This document shows positions 9,947 through 18,978 of a stretch of DNA of 64,000 nucleotides, piece after piece. Each line of letters begins with the position of its first letter. The first letter of the stretch is position 1. The notes under the pieces are model-generated. The model was not told the DNA's origin. It saw nothing but the letters and a program-made list of their open reading frames with translations, and ran no database searches. The stretch spans positions 151,886 to 215,885 of the forward strand of contig CAWHYG010000008.1 of assembly GCA_963833505.1 (NCBI GenBank), in the 5' to 3' direction. The DNA is from Candidatus Eiseniibacteriota bacterium. GTDB lineage: Bacteria > Eisenbacteria > RBG-16-71-46 > CAIMUX01. Both the position numbers and the translations under genes were made by a program.

Positions 9947-10133
9947 GGCAGGAACCTCCATTGTCGGACGATGATCATGCGCGCCTGGCTGTCCTTATCT
10001 CACCAGGGGCCGGCCGCGAGGCGTGGAAGCTGCCAGACGGCCCGCAGCCTTGCAACGATAGCGGCCGGTCTCGCGACTTGTCCACGCGGATTCCGAAATC
10101 ATCTGTGAGATGTCTGTGATCAACTGCGGAACC

Positions 10134-11303
10134 TCAGGGCAAAGGCATCGCGTCCAGATAGCTGAGGGCCGTTCCGGTGTTGAAGAGAATGACGTCGTCA
10201 TTCGCTCCCATCCACTCCTCGGCGTACAAACGGCGCGCCGCCGCGACCGCGGCACCTCCTTCGGGCGCGGCCAGAACTCCTTCCGTGCGACCGAGAAGGC
10301 GCACGCCTTCCAGCATCTCTTCGTCGGACACCGCCAGGGCCGTCCCCCCCGACTCGCGCAACGCCTGCAGCATGAGCCGATCGCCCACCGCGGCGGGAAC
10401 GCGCAATCCGGATGCCAGGGTCGCGGGATCCTCCCAGGTGGAGGCTTCTTCGGCCCCGGTCCGGAAGGCGCGGACGATCGGAGCGCATCCTTCCGCCTGC
10501 ACGGAGACCATCCGGGGCCGCGCGGAACCGATCCAGCCCAGAGCCGCCAGCTCCTGGAAGGCCTTCCACATTCCGACCAGCCCGGTGCCGCCGCCGGTCG
10601 GATAGACGATCACATCGGGAAGGCGGCCGCCGAGCTGTTCCCAGAGCTCGAAACCCATCGTCTTCTTGCCCTCGAGTCGATACGGCTCCTTGAGTGTGGA
10701 GACGTCGAACCAGCCTTCCCGCGCCGCGCCTTCACGGACCCGCCGGGCGCAATCGGTGATGAACCCATCGACCAGATGCACGCGCGCGCCGAGCAGGCGG
10801 GTGGCCTGCACGAACGAAGCCGGCGTGTCGGCGGGGCATAAGACGTCCGCCTCGAGAGCGGCCCGTGAGGCGTAGGCGGCCAGGGCCAGACCGGCGTTTC
10901 CCGCGGTCGGGATGGCGAGCCTCCGGACTCCGCGTTCGCGCGCCATGGTGACCGCCGCGCTCAATCCGCGCGACTTGAAGGAACCGGTCGGGTTGAGCGA
11001 TTCGTCCTTGATCCAGAGCCGCGCGCCGCCGATCTCGCGCCCGAGGGCGGGAGCGGCCAGGAGCGGAGTCCAACCCTCGCCCAGCGACACCGGCTCGCCC
11101 GAGGCCGGGAGAAGCTCCCGATAGCGCCACATCCCCTGTTCGGGAGGCGCGAACCGGCCGTTCAACCGCTCTTTCACACGGGGAATGTCATAGCGGGCCA
11201 GGAGCGGCCGGGCGCACTCCAGGCAGAGCCCTTGCCGAGCACTCGCGTCGTGGAGCTTTCCGCAGGACGAACACTCCAGATGCGTCAGGAACATCCGATT
11301 CAC
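10134..11303 (-). CDS. thrC: Threonine synthase (PLP-dependent)
   Basis: Track ORF. It has an N-terminal Cys-rich LECSSCGK...CLEC, the PLP lysine context NPTGSFKSRG, and GNAGLALAAYA. Confidence 0.9.
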   Translation of the reverse strand: MNRMFLTHLECSSCGKLHDASARQGLCLECARPLLARYDIPRVKERLNGRFAPPEQGMWRYRELLPASGEPVSLGEGWTPLLAAPALGREIGGARLWIKDESLNPTGSFKSRGLSAAVTMARERGVRRLAIPTAGNAGLALAAYASRAALEADVLCPADTPASFVQATRLLGARVHLVDGFITDCARRVREGAAREGWFDVSTLKEPYRLEGKKTMGFELWEQLGGRLPDVIVYPTGGGTGLVGMWKAFQELAALGWIGSARPRMVSVQAEGCAPIVRAFRTGAEEASTWEDPATLASGLRVPAAVGDRLMLQALRESGGTALAVSDEEMLEGVRLLGRTEGVLAAPEGGAAVAAARRLYAEEWMGANDDVILFNTGTALSYLDAMPLP

Positions 11304-11450
11304 TCCCCTGGGCCGAATCCGCCCCGACCGCTCCGGTGCTGCAGCGCAGGCGCGGTGACTGCCATCATGGAGCGGAGCGACCGGGAGCTGCTCTCGCCCG
11401 CATCGTCCGACCCCTCGCGGCGGCGCCGGATCGGCTCGGCCTGTGCCGCC

Positions 11451-13292
11451 TCAGAGCGCCTCGTACATCCCGACCTGCTCCTCGAGCAGTCGAATGCTCC
11501 CGTTCCAGAACTTGCGGGACCGGATGTCGATCCCGAACCGCGCGACCAGGTCCGCCGCGGGACCTGCGCCCGTCGCGCGCAGAAGCTCCCGGTAGCGGGG
11601 CAGGAAGCTGTCCCCGTCCCGGCGATAGATCGCGTACATGCCCAGGCCGAAGAGCTGGCCGAAAGCGTAGGGGAAGTTGTAGAAGTTCAGGTCGGTCTGA
11701 TAGTAGTGGGGCTTCATCACCCACATGTAGGGATGGAGATGTTCCGGATCGAGCGCGTCCCCGTACGTCTCTTTCTGCGCCCGAAGCATGATCTCGCAAA
11801 GCTCGTCGGCGCCGAGCTCGGCGGCCTGCCTCCGCCGGAAGACCTCCGACTCGAAGAGAAAGCGCGAGGAGATGTCCACCGTGACCTGGGTCGCTCCCGC
11901 GAGCGCGTTCTCGAGAATGAGGAGCCGGGCTGCCGGCGGCGCCGTCTCCAGGGCCGCGTTGAACACCACGGTTTCACAGAAGGTCGAGGCGGTCTCGGCC
12001 AGGGTCATGGGAGCGCCACGCCGGAGCATGGGCAGCCCGCTTTGACACTGGGCGTGATAGCCGTGCCCCAGCTCGTGCGCGACGGTCACGAGCTGATCGA
12101 AGCTGCCGTCGAAGTTGGTCAGGATGCGGCTCTGGTCGAGCCCGGGCACCGTCATGCAGAAGGCACCGCCGCGCTTCCCGTCCCGCGGCTCGGCGTCGAT
12201 CCAGCCGCGATCGAAGGCCGATCGGGCGAACCGGGCCAGATCCTCGCTGAACCGCCCGAATTGCTCGACGATGAACCGGCTCGCGGCTTCCCAGCTCCAG
12301 GCCGGCGCGGCCTCGCCGACCGGCGCCAGGAGGTTCCACCAGGGAAGCCGCTCCTGACCGAGCTTGCGCGCCTTGCTTTTGAGGTAGCGGCGGAAGACCG
12401 GGAAGTTGTCCCGGATGGCCCCGAGAAGGGCCTCGAGCGTGGCCCGATCGATGCGATTCAGCTCGAGGCTGGCCTCGAGCACATCCTCGCGCCCGCGCCA
12501 CCGCGCCAGCGTCGCCGCCGAGCCCTTGACCCCGTTGAGCGCGAAGGCGATCGGCTCGCGGATCGACTCCCACGCGGCCAGCTCCGTCTCGTAGGCGCGC
12601 CGCCGGATCTCCTCGCTCGGATCAAAGGCCAGGTTCCGGATCACGGTCATCGGCAGCATCTCGGTCTTGCCGTCCCGTGTGAAAGGAGCCTTGAGCTGGC
12701 TGGTGACGTTCCCCTGGAGCTTCCACATCACGCCGCCGCCGCCCAGCAGCAGCTCGGAGGCCAGATCCTCGAGGCGTGTCTCCATGAGATGGCGGCTCTG
12801 CTCGGCCAGATCATCCAGAACCAACCTGTGCTCCGGGCCGAGACGGCTGCGGCCCGCGACGTCTCCGAGCCCCGATCCCAGCGCGCCGATCCAGGCGGTG
12901 AACCGCGTCCGCTGTTTGCGCAGGCGGACCTCGAGCTGTTCCAGCTCGCTCAACCGCCGCGCCGCCGCCCGATCATAGGAGTCGGTGGAAACGAAGCCGT
13001 AAACGTAGGCGTTCAGGGTCTCCAGAAGAATCAGGGTCGCGTTGAGACGTTCCAGTGCGCCGTCCAGTGCCGCCGCCGCGGGATCGGGGTCCTTCGACGC
13101 CGAGGATGGAGCCGCTCCGCCGATGCCCTGCGCCGCCGTGAAAACCTCCAGATCGGAGAGAAGCGTCTCGAGGCGTTCCACGTCCCGATGAAATTCGGGG
13201 GAATCGAGTCCGGGGTAGATGCTGGCCAGGTCCCATCGCGGCGGCTTGGCAACGGTCGGATCGGATGGAGAGCGAGCGGCGATCTCGGACAT
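11451..13292 (-). CDS. pepF: M3 family oligoendopeptidase (PepF-like)
   Basis: Track ORF 11451..13415 trimmed to ATG 13292, which has GGGAG upstream. The zinc motif HELGHGYH is present and the length (about 613 aa) is typical of M3B. Confidence 0.9.
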   Translation of the reverse strand: MSEIAARSPSDPTVAKPPRWDLASIYPGLDSPEFHRDVERLETLLSDLEVFTAAQGIGGAAPSSASKDPDPAAAALDGALERLNATLILLETLNAYVYGFVSTDSYDRAAARRLSELEQLEVRLRKQRTRFTAWIGALGSGLGDVAGRSRLGPEHRLVLDDLAEQSRHLMETRLEDLASELLLGGGGVMWKLQGNVTSQLKAPFTRDGKTEMLPMTVIRNLAFDPSEEIRRRAYETELAAWESIREPIAFALNGVKGSAATLARWRGREDVLEASLELNRIDRATLEALLGAIRDNFPVFRRYLKSKARKLGQERLPWWNLLAPVGEAAPAWSWEAASRFIVEQFGRFSEDLARFARSAFDRGWIDAEPRDGKRGGAFCMTVPGLDQSRILTNFDGSFDQLVTVAHELGHGYHAQCQSGLPMLRRGAPMTLAETASTFCETVVFNAALETAPPAARLLILENALAGATQVTVDISSRFLFESEVFRRRQAAELGADELCEIMLRAQKETYGDALDPEHLHPYMWVMKPHYYQTDLNFYNFPYAFGQLFGLGMYAIYRRDGDSFLPRYRELLRATGAGPAADLVARFGIDIRSRKFWNGSIRLLEEQVGMYEAL

Positions 13293-13540
13293 GGTCCACT
13301 CCCTTCGAGTTGTCAGTCCGATCCATGAGTCGGGCACCGGTTCGGCGGTCTGGACGAGGCCGCCCGCACTACGGAGCCTGCGGGAAATCCCAGTATACCG
13401 ATCCGGGAGATCCACCGCCAGGATCAGCCTGCGAGCGACTTCTGCCGTGTCTCGCCGGCGCGGCCCTGTCCCTGCGGACCTCTCAGAACAATTTCGCCGG
13501 TTCCGAACGTCGCTTCGCAGCTGTGAACCCGGGTCATCCA

Positions 13541-13790
13541 GATGTCTCCGCCCACGATGGCCTGGGCCAGCTCGGAGTTGCCGAAGGCCGACATGACCAT
13601 GAGGAGCGACTGGCTGATCGTGGCGTAGGTCACGGTGTCGCCCACCGTCAGTCCCCCCGTCGACCCACGATGACGGAAGAGCGCCAGGTAGATGTAGACC
13701 AATCCGAAGAAGAGATTGGTGGCGAGACCGGCCAGACTGGCGTCGGTAGGCCAGGCTGCGCTGGAACGATGCTGATCGGCCTCTACGTGG
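13541..13790 (-). pseudogene. Degenerate fragment duplicating the 5' part of the ABC-2 permease gene at 17500-18291
   Basis: The minus-strand translation ...LAGLATNLFFGLVYIYLALFRHRGSTGGLTVGDTVTYATISQSLLMVMSAFGNSELAQAIVGGDI parallels residues about 20-100 of the intact permease. Indels are visible upstream, similarity stops abruptly after GGDI, and there is no proper start. Confidence 0.6.
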
Positions 13791-14074
13791 ACGAGCGTCG
13801 AGTGCTCCGCGGTCCGGACTGACCGGCTTTGAATCGTCGGCGCGTTTCCCCTCTCCGCCCTCCGGTCGTCCGAGCTGAATAGCTTCGTCTCACAAGCAAT
13901 TATTTGTTAGATCTCGCCGCTTCGCGCGATTCCCCATCAACGATCCACGCCTTGGAGCCAGGCGGGCAGGGGACGGCCACAGGAAGCACGGACCTGTGAA
14001 CCGACCGGCGATCTTGGTATTCATCCTGTCGGTGAAGCCAATTGTGTGCGGATTCGAGCCAGGAGGTTTCAGTC

Positions 14075-15382
14075 ATGAGAACCAGTTCTCACGCCAACAC
14101 TGACTTGAGATCGATCGTCACGTCTTTGCTAATCTGCGGTTGCGCAATGTCCGTGGTGACGCTGGCGGCCGCTGCCACCTATGTCGTCAATCCGGGCGGC
14201 ACGGGGGACTACCCGACCATCCAGGCGGCGGTGAACGCCGTCGCGTCGGGCTCTGTGATCGAGCTGACCGATGGAACCTTCCTCGGCGACGGAAACCGGG
14301 ACATCAGCTTTCTAGGCAAGGCCATCACGGTCCGATCGCAGAACGGTCCGGCGAACTGCACGATCAACCCGCAGGGGGTGGATTATTTCGGCCCGTTGCA
14401 CAACGGGTTCGATTTCTTCTCCGGAGAAGGGCAGGGGTCCGTGGTCGACGGGATCACCATTACCGGGGGCGCGGTGCAGGAAGGCGGAGGCATCTTCATC
14501 GGCTCCGCATCTCCCTGGATCAAGAACTGCGTCATCCATGCGAACGTGGCCGGCGGGCTCGAACACGAGGGTTACCAAGGGCAGGGGGGCGGCGTCTACT
14601 GCGGCACAGGATCCTCAGCTCGTTTCACGAATTGCAGTCTTACCGACAATTATTCCAACTCGGAGAACTATCCTGTCCTCATATCCTATGGAGGCGGGGC
14701 TTACTGTGAGTCCTCGACGCCGATCTTTGAGAATTGCGTGTTCTCTGGCAACGCCGCCCCTGACGGGGGCGGAATCTACTGCGACAACTCAGCGGCGACG
14801 ATCTCGGATTGCGTGATAACCGGGTCGGTGATCCTGGCTAATCCCAGTCATGGCGGTGGGCTCTACTGCGCGGGAACGCCCCCCACGATCAGCGGATGCA
14901 CCTTCTGCGGCGATGCGGCCCTGTACGGCGGAGCGATCTTTCTTACTTCATCTTCGCCCACGATCACGAGTACCACCTTCTATCGGAATGGGTCGGACTA
15001 TGCAGACATCTATTGCTCCCTATCCTCGCCCCACCTTTCGAAGTCAATCATGACGGCTGAGGAGTTTTCACAGCCGGTCTACTGCGACGGTGGAGGCAGC
15101 TTGCCAACGCTGTCGTGCTGTGATCTTTACGGGAATCCGTCCGGTGACTGGACCGGATGCATCGCGGGCCAGCTTGGGCTCAATGGAAACATCTCGGCGG
15201 ATGCCGACTTCTGCAATCCGACCTGTGGCCCGCTCAACACCAGCTTCACGATCAACTTCAACTCTCCCTGTGCTCCCACGGCGAATCCGTCCTGCGGTTT
15301 GATCGGAGCCTGGCCGGTCGCGTGCGGCGCCGTGCCTGTTCTTCAGAGCACGTGGGGCGCGATCAAGGCCCGGTTCAAATGA
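14075..15382 (+). CDS. Right-handed parallel beta-helix repeat protein (pectin-lyase fold), secreted
   Basis: ATG 14075 has AGGAGG upstream (the track ORF starts at TTG 14042). It has a signal/TM segment, then repeated GGGIY/GGGLYC...F.NC.F.GN turns typical of beta-helix repeats. The region is visibly less GC-rich than its neighbours. The protein ends ...LQSTWGAIKARFK. Confidence 0.75.
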   Translation: MRTSSHANTDLRSIVTSLLICGCAMSVVTLAAAATYVVNPGGTGDYPTIQAAVNAVASGSVIELTDGTFLGDGNRDISFLGKAITVRSQNGPANCTINPQGVDYFGPLHNGFDFFSGEGQGSVVDGITITGGAVQEGGGIFIGSASPWIKNCVIHANVAGGLEHEGYQGQGGGVYCGTGSSARFTNCSLTDNYSNSENYPVLISYGGGAYCESSTPIFENCVFSGNAAPDGGGIYCDNSAATISDCVITGSVILANPSHGGGLYCAGTPPTISGCTFCGDAALYGGAIFLTSSSPTITSTTFYRNGSDYADIYCSLSSPHLSKSIMTAEEFSQPVYCDGGGSLPTLSCCDLYGNPSGDWTGCIAGQLGLNGNISADADFCNPTCGPLNTSFTINFNSPCAPTANPSCGLIGAWPVACGAVPVLQSTWGAIKARFK

Positions 15383-15383
15383 C

Positions 15384-15415
15384 CTGCGCCTAGCCTCTGA
15401 TCAAGCGCGGTTTTT
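15384..15415 (+). terminator. Possible intrinsic terminator after the beta-helix gene
   Basis: A CTGCGC ... GCGCGG stem (6 bp including one G-U, 15384-15389 / 15405-15410) is followed by TTTTT (15411-15415). Confidence 0.35.
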
Positions 15416-15706
15416 CGCATAGCTCTCCGCGATCTGGGTCTACTTCGCCTGGGTCTCGTACCGGCTCCGGTCGTGGAGCTGGTGGCTGATCCTGGTCGCC
15501 ATTGTCTTGGCGGGAGCCTCGGGGACGCTGTCCGTCGCCCGGGCGGATCCGGATCAGATCCGCCGGCTCATGGGCGAATCCGCAGAGCAGATCGCGAAGT
15601 TCCGGATGCCGGGCCGAGGTCTGATGGCCTGGTGCACCGGGCTGGGGACGCTCGTGCTGGTCGGCGATCTGCTCGGCGTGAAACGGTACTTCCGCGGAAC
15701 GATCCC

Positions 15707-16690
15707 TCAGGGTCGCAGCAGGTTGCCCTCATAGACCCGCCGCACGATCTCCTCGATCTCCTGCTCCTCGATCAGGAGATCGCGGACGCGATGGCGCCGC
15801 AAGAGCGAGGTCATCACCTCCACCATCCCGACTTCACCCGGAGCCACCAGCAGCCAGACCCGGTTTCCCTCGCGCCGGAGCAGACGCGCTTCCGGCACCG
15901 ACACCTCCTCCGTCTCCGAGTCGAGGTCCGCGACCAGCACGCGCTCGCCGCCAAAACGGGTCCTCAGCTCGCCCAGGGTCCCATCGAACACCAATCGGCC
16001 CCGGTCGATCATGAGGATCCGATCACAGAGCTTCTCCACGTCGCCCAGGTCGTGCGTGGTCAGGATCACCGTCGTGCCCGCCTCGCGGTTCCGCCGGCGG
16101 ATGAAGCTCCGGATCCGCTCCTTCGCCACCACGTCCAGCCCGATCGTCGGCTCGTCCAGGAACAGCACTTCCGGATCGTGGAGAAGCGCGGCGGCCAGGT
16201 CCGCCCGCATGCGCTGGCCCAGGCTCAGGTTCCGCACCGGCGTGTCGAGGAACGGGCCCATCTCGAGCATCGCTTCGAATTGCGCGAGATTCCGGCGGTA
16301 GCGGTCGGCCGGCACGCGATAGACGCGCCGGAGCAACTCGAGCGATTCGATCAGGGGAAGGTCCCACCAGAGCCCGGTCCGCTGTCCGAAGACGACGCCG
16401 ATCCGGCGGGCGTGCTCCACCCGGTCCTTCCACGGCACCCGGCCGTTCACCCGGACGTCGCCGCCGGTGGGCACAAGGATGCCGGTCAGGATCTTGATGG
16501 TGGTCGATTTCCCCGCGCCGTTCGGGCCGAGGTAGCCGACCAGCTCGCCCCGGCGGACGTGAAAGCTCACTCCCTGCACCGCCGACACCGTGGTAAAGCG
16601 CCTCGTCACGAGGTTCCGCAGCGCTCCCCATCCGCCTCGATGGTGGCGGTAGACCCGGAAATCCTTGTCCACCCGATCCAGGGTAATCAT
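15707..16690 (-). CDS. ABC transporter ATP-binding protein (ABC-2 type system)
   Basis: Track ORF. Walker A is GPNGAGKST, the signature is LSLGQRMR and Walker B is LFLDEPT. Confidence 0.9.
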   Translation of the reverse strand: MITLDRVDKDFRVYRHHRGGWGALRNLVTRRFTTVSAVQGVSFHVRRGELVGYLGPNGAGKSTTIKILTGILVPTGGDVRVNGRVPWKDRVEHARRIGVVFGQRTGLWWDLPLIESLELLRRVYRVPADRYRRNLAQFEAMLEMGPFLDTPVRNLSLGQRMRADLAAALLHDPEVLFLDEPTIGLDVVAKERIRSFIRRRNREAGTTVILTTHDLGDVEKLCDRILMIDRGRLVFDGTLGELRTRFGGERVLVADLDSETEEVSVPEARLLRREGNRVWLLVAPGEVGMVEVMTSLLRRHRVRDLLIEEQEIEEIVRRVYEGNLLRP

Positions 16691-16694
16691 GCGC

Positions 16695-17498
16695 TCAGCT
16701 CCCCGTGCTTTGATAATGCCGGACCCCGCTTCGCCAAAGGCCCATCGCCGCCAGGAAGAGCGCTCCGGCGGCCGCCGGGGCCAGAAACGGGACGAATCCC
16801 GGCAGGCCCAGAGGATCGCGCTTCCCGAGGAGAAAGACCGCGGGATAGTAGTTGATGAAGGCCATCGGGATGATGAAGGTGAAGATCGAACGGATCCAGG
16901 CTTGATAGATGTACATCGGATAGCTGGTCATGAACTGGCCGCCGTAGGTGAACATGTTGACCAGCTCGGCCGTCTGCGGCGTCCAGAACGCCGCCGTGGC
17001 TCCCAGGATGAAGACCGCGAGAAAGACCAGAACGCCTCCCGCCAGCATGACTCCGAAAAACAGCCACCGCCCCGCGTCCCAGCTTGGATGCAGCAGATGC
17101 AGCGCGAGGGCCAGAGCCAGCGCTCCCTGAAGGAACCGGCCGAATCTCCGGAACTGGAAATCCCCGGTCAGCATCTGGAACGCGATCGGCAGGGGCCGGA
17201 GAAGCAGGCGGTCGAAATCCCCGCGCGACACCCAGCGGTCGAAATCCTGGAACGCTCCCGAGAAGAACTCCGCCAGGCCGAAGGAGACCGCCGAAGTCCC
17301 GTACAAGAAGGCGATCTCGGGCAGACCCCAGGTGTCGATGCGCTGGAAGCGGCCCAGAAGGATGTACAAGGCGGCGAAATCGAGCGCCGAAACCACGAGG
17401 TCGCCCATCGTCTCGAGAAAAAAGGAAACGCGGTACTGCATCCTCGAGCGAAGCTGCGCGCCGAACAAGCGCCCGTAAAGGCCGAGCCAGCCGCTCAC
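16695..17498 (-). CDS. ABC-2 family transporter permease
   Basis: Track ORF with a multi-TM hydrophobic profile. It is tightly packed between the ATPase and the second permease. Confidence 0.85.
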   Translation of the reverse strand: MSGWLGLYGRLFGAQLRSRMQYRVSFFLETMGDLVVSALDFAALYILLGRFQRIDTWGLPEIAFLYGTSAVSFGLAEFFSGAFQDFDRWVSRGDFDRLLLRPLPIAFQMLTGDFQFRRFGRFLQGALALALALHLLHPSWDAGRWLFFGVMLAGGVLVFLAVFILGATAAFWTPQTAELVNMFTYGGQFMTSYPMYIYQAWIRSIFTFIIPMAFINYYPAVFLLGKRDPLGLPGFVPFLAPAAAGALFLAAMGLWRSGVRHYQSTGS

Positions 17499-17499
17499 C

Positions 17500-18291
17500 T
17501 CACCCTCCGTGGATGACCAGCCGGGTCAGCATCCGGCGGAGAAGCCAACGCCCGAACGCGGTCAGGGCGGCCAGCCAGAGAAGCTCGACGGCGAGCGGAC
17601 GGAGAAAGGCCGCGCCCTCGAGCTGCCCCAGATAGACGCTGATGGGCAGATGCGCCATGGCGGAGAAGGGAAGCCACTCGGCGACGCGGCGGAGGGCCGC
17701 AGGGAAGAAGTTCAGCGGTACCAGGAAACCGGAGAAGAAGAGGATCGGAGTGGTCACCAGGTAGTTGAGTCCGCGCACGTCGTGCGTCCAGAACGCCAGG
17801 CTGCCGACGATGAATCGAAAGGTGAAGCTCAGCATCATTCCGGCGGCCACCGCGAGAAGAAACGGGGCCAGGATCCCCGGCCCGCGGGGCAGGCGGGCGT
17901 GAAAGAGCCACATCCCGAGGAGGTAGGTCGGGATTCCGCGGAACACGAGGTAGTAGGCGGCGCGGCCCAGGTCGGTGGCGGCCCAGTAGAAGTGGATGTC
18001 CAGCGGACGGCAGAGGTCGGCGGCGATATCTCCGCGCACGATGGCCTGGGACAGCTCGGAGTTGCCGAAGGCGGACATGACCATGAGGAGCGACTGGCTG
18101 ATCGTGGCGTAGGTCACCGCGTCGCGCGCGGTCAGCCCCCCCATCGTTCCGCGGTGGCGGAAAAGCGCCAGGTAGATGGCCACGTAGACCGACCCGAAGA
18201 AGAGGTTGGTGGCGAGGCCGGCCAGATTGGCGGCCCGGTAGGCCAGGCTGCGCTGGAACGACTTAACGGCCACGTGCAGGTAGAGGGGCAT
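17500..18291 (-). CDS. ABC-2 family transporter permease
   Basis: Track ORF 17500..18768 trimmed to ATG 18291 (MPLYLHVAVKSFQRSLAYR...), which has GGAG upstream. It is a multi-TM protein. Confidence 0.85.
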   Translation of the reverse strand: MPLYLHVAVKSFQRSLAYRAANLAGLATNLFFGSVYVAIYLALFRHRGTMGGLTARDAVTYATISQSLLMVMSAFGNSELSQAIVRGDIAADLCRPLDIHFYWAATDLGRAAYYLVFRGIPTYLLGMWLFHARLPRGPGILAPFLLAVAAGMMLSFTFRFIVGSLAFWTHDVRGLNYLVTTPILFFSGFLVPLNFFPAALRRVAEWLPFSAMAHLPISVYLGQLEGAAFLRPLAVELLWLAALTAFGRWLLRRMLTRLVIHGG

Positions 18292-18509
18292 GGAGTCTCC
18301 GTGTGGACTTTCCTTCTCACGCGCCTGCAAGACTGCCGGGCAGGTGGACTTTCGCGCCCACGCGCCGGTGGGACCGCCGGGGCACGATACCACGTTTCTG
18401 GCCCCGCAAGTGGTCTCGTTCGGCTTCCCTCTGTCACCGGCGCGGATCAGCCTCTCTGGGCCCCTTTGCGTGACAGCCGCGGATCGGCTTCTCGGCGTCT
18501 CTGCGCTTG

Positions 18510-18690
18510 ACACCCGCCGATCAGCGCTTCGGAGCCCTTGCGCCCCAAAGCCTACGCGGACCGGTCGTCGGCCCCTGCTCCTCGCGGCTCCGCGCACGGT
18601 CGTGCGCTCCCGCCGCACTCCGCATGGCCCTCCTTCATGGTCCGCTCCGGCTTCAAAGCGCAAGGGCAGGAACCGCCGGTGTGCGCATCG
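18510..18690. repeat. Single copy of the 182-bp repeat unit, inverted relative to the array at 20250-20935
   Basis: The plus-strand pseudo-translation here (PADQRFGALAPQSLRGPVVGPCSSRLRA..CAPAALRMALLHGPLRL) equals the minus-strand pseudo-translation of the downstream array. Confidence 0.8.
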
Positions 18691-18978
18691 GTTGTGCCAC
18701 TTGAGCTGAGCGGCCGATGTCCGCCGGCAGCGTCGGTCGCGGGCTCTCTCGACTTCGCACCATTCCATACGGCCGCGCCGGCGGATTGCGCCGCCGGTTC
18801 CAGCGAGGTATCATGAAGAGGCGTTGGTCGTGTGCGAGACACCCAGTCGGGAGGACCCGCGATGCGCGCATGCCCTGGCCGCTTTTCAGCCCGCCCCATC
18901 CGCCCGGCCCCGGATGCCGTCACCGACAGGTCCGGGCCGAACCAGCCGCGAGCCGCTCTGATCGAGCGTTTCAGGAAC

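Noticed and set aside
13541-13790. The ABC-2 permease fragment plus the intact gene considered as a template/variable-repeat pair of a diversity-generating retroelement
   Set aside because: The differences include indels and substitutions at all four bases rather than adenine-specific changes. The fragment matches the 5' end of the gene, not the 3' end. No reverse transcriptase is nearby.
15440-15734. A frame encoding two hydrophobic helices (…WSWWLILVAIVLAGASG… and …LMAWCTGLGTLVLVGDLLGV…) between the beta-helix gene and the ABC ATPase
   Set aside because: It looks protein-like, but no ATG or GTG precedes the first helix; only a TTG at 15507, inside that helix. It may be the remnant of a disrupted membrane-protein gene rather than a functional CDS, so it was not listed as a feature.
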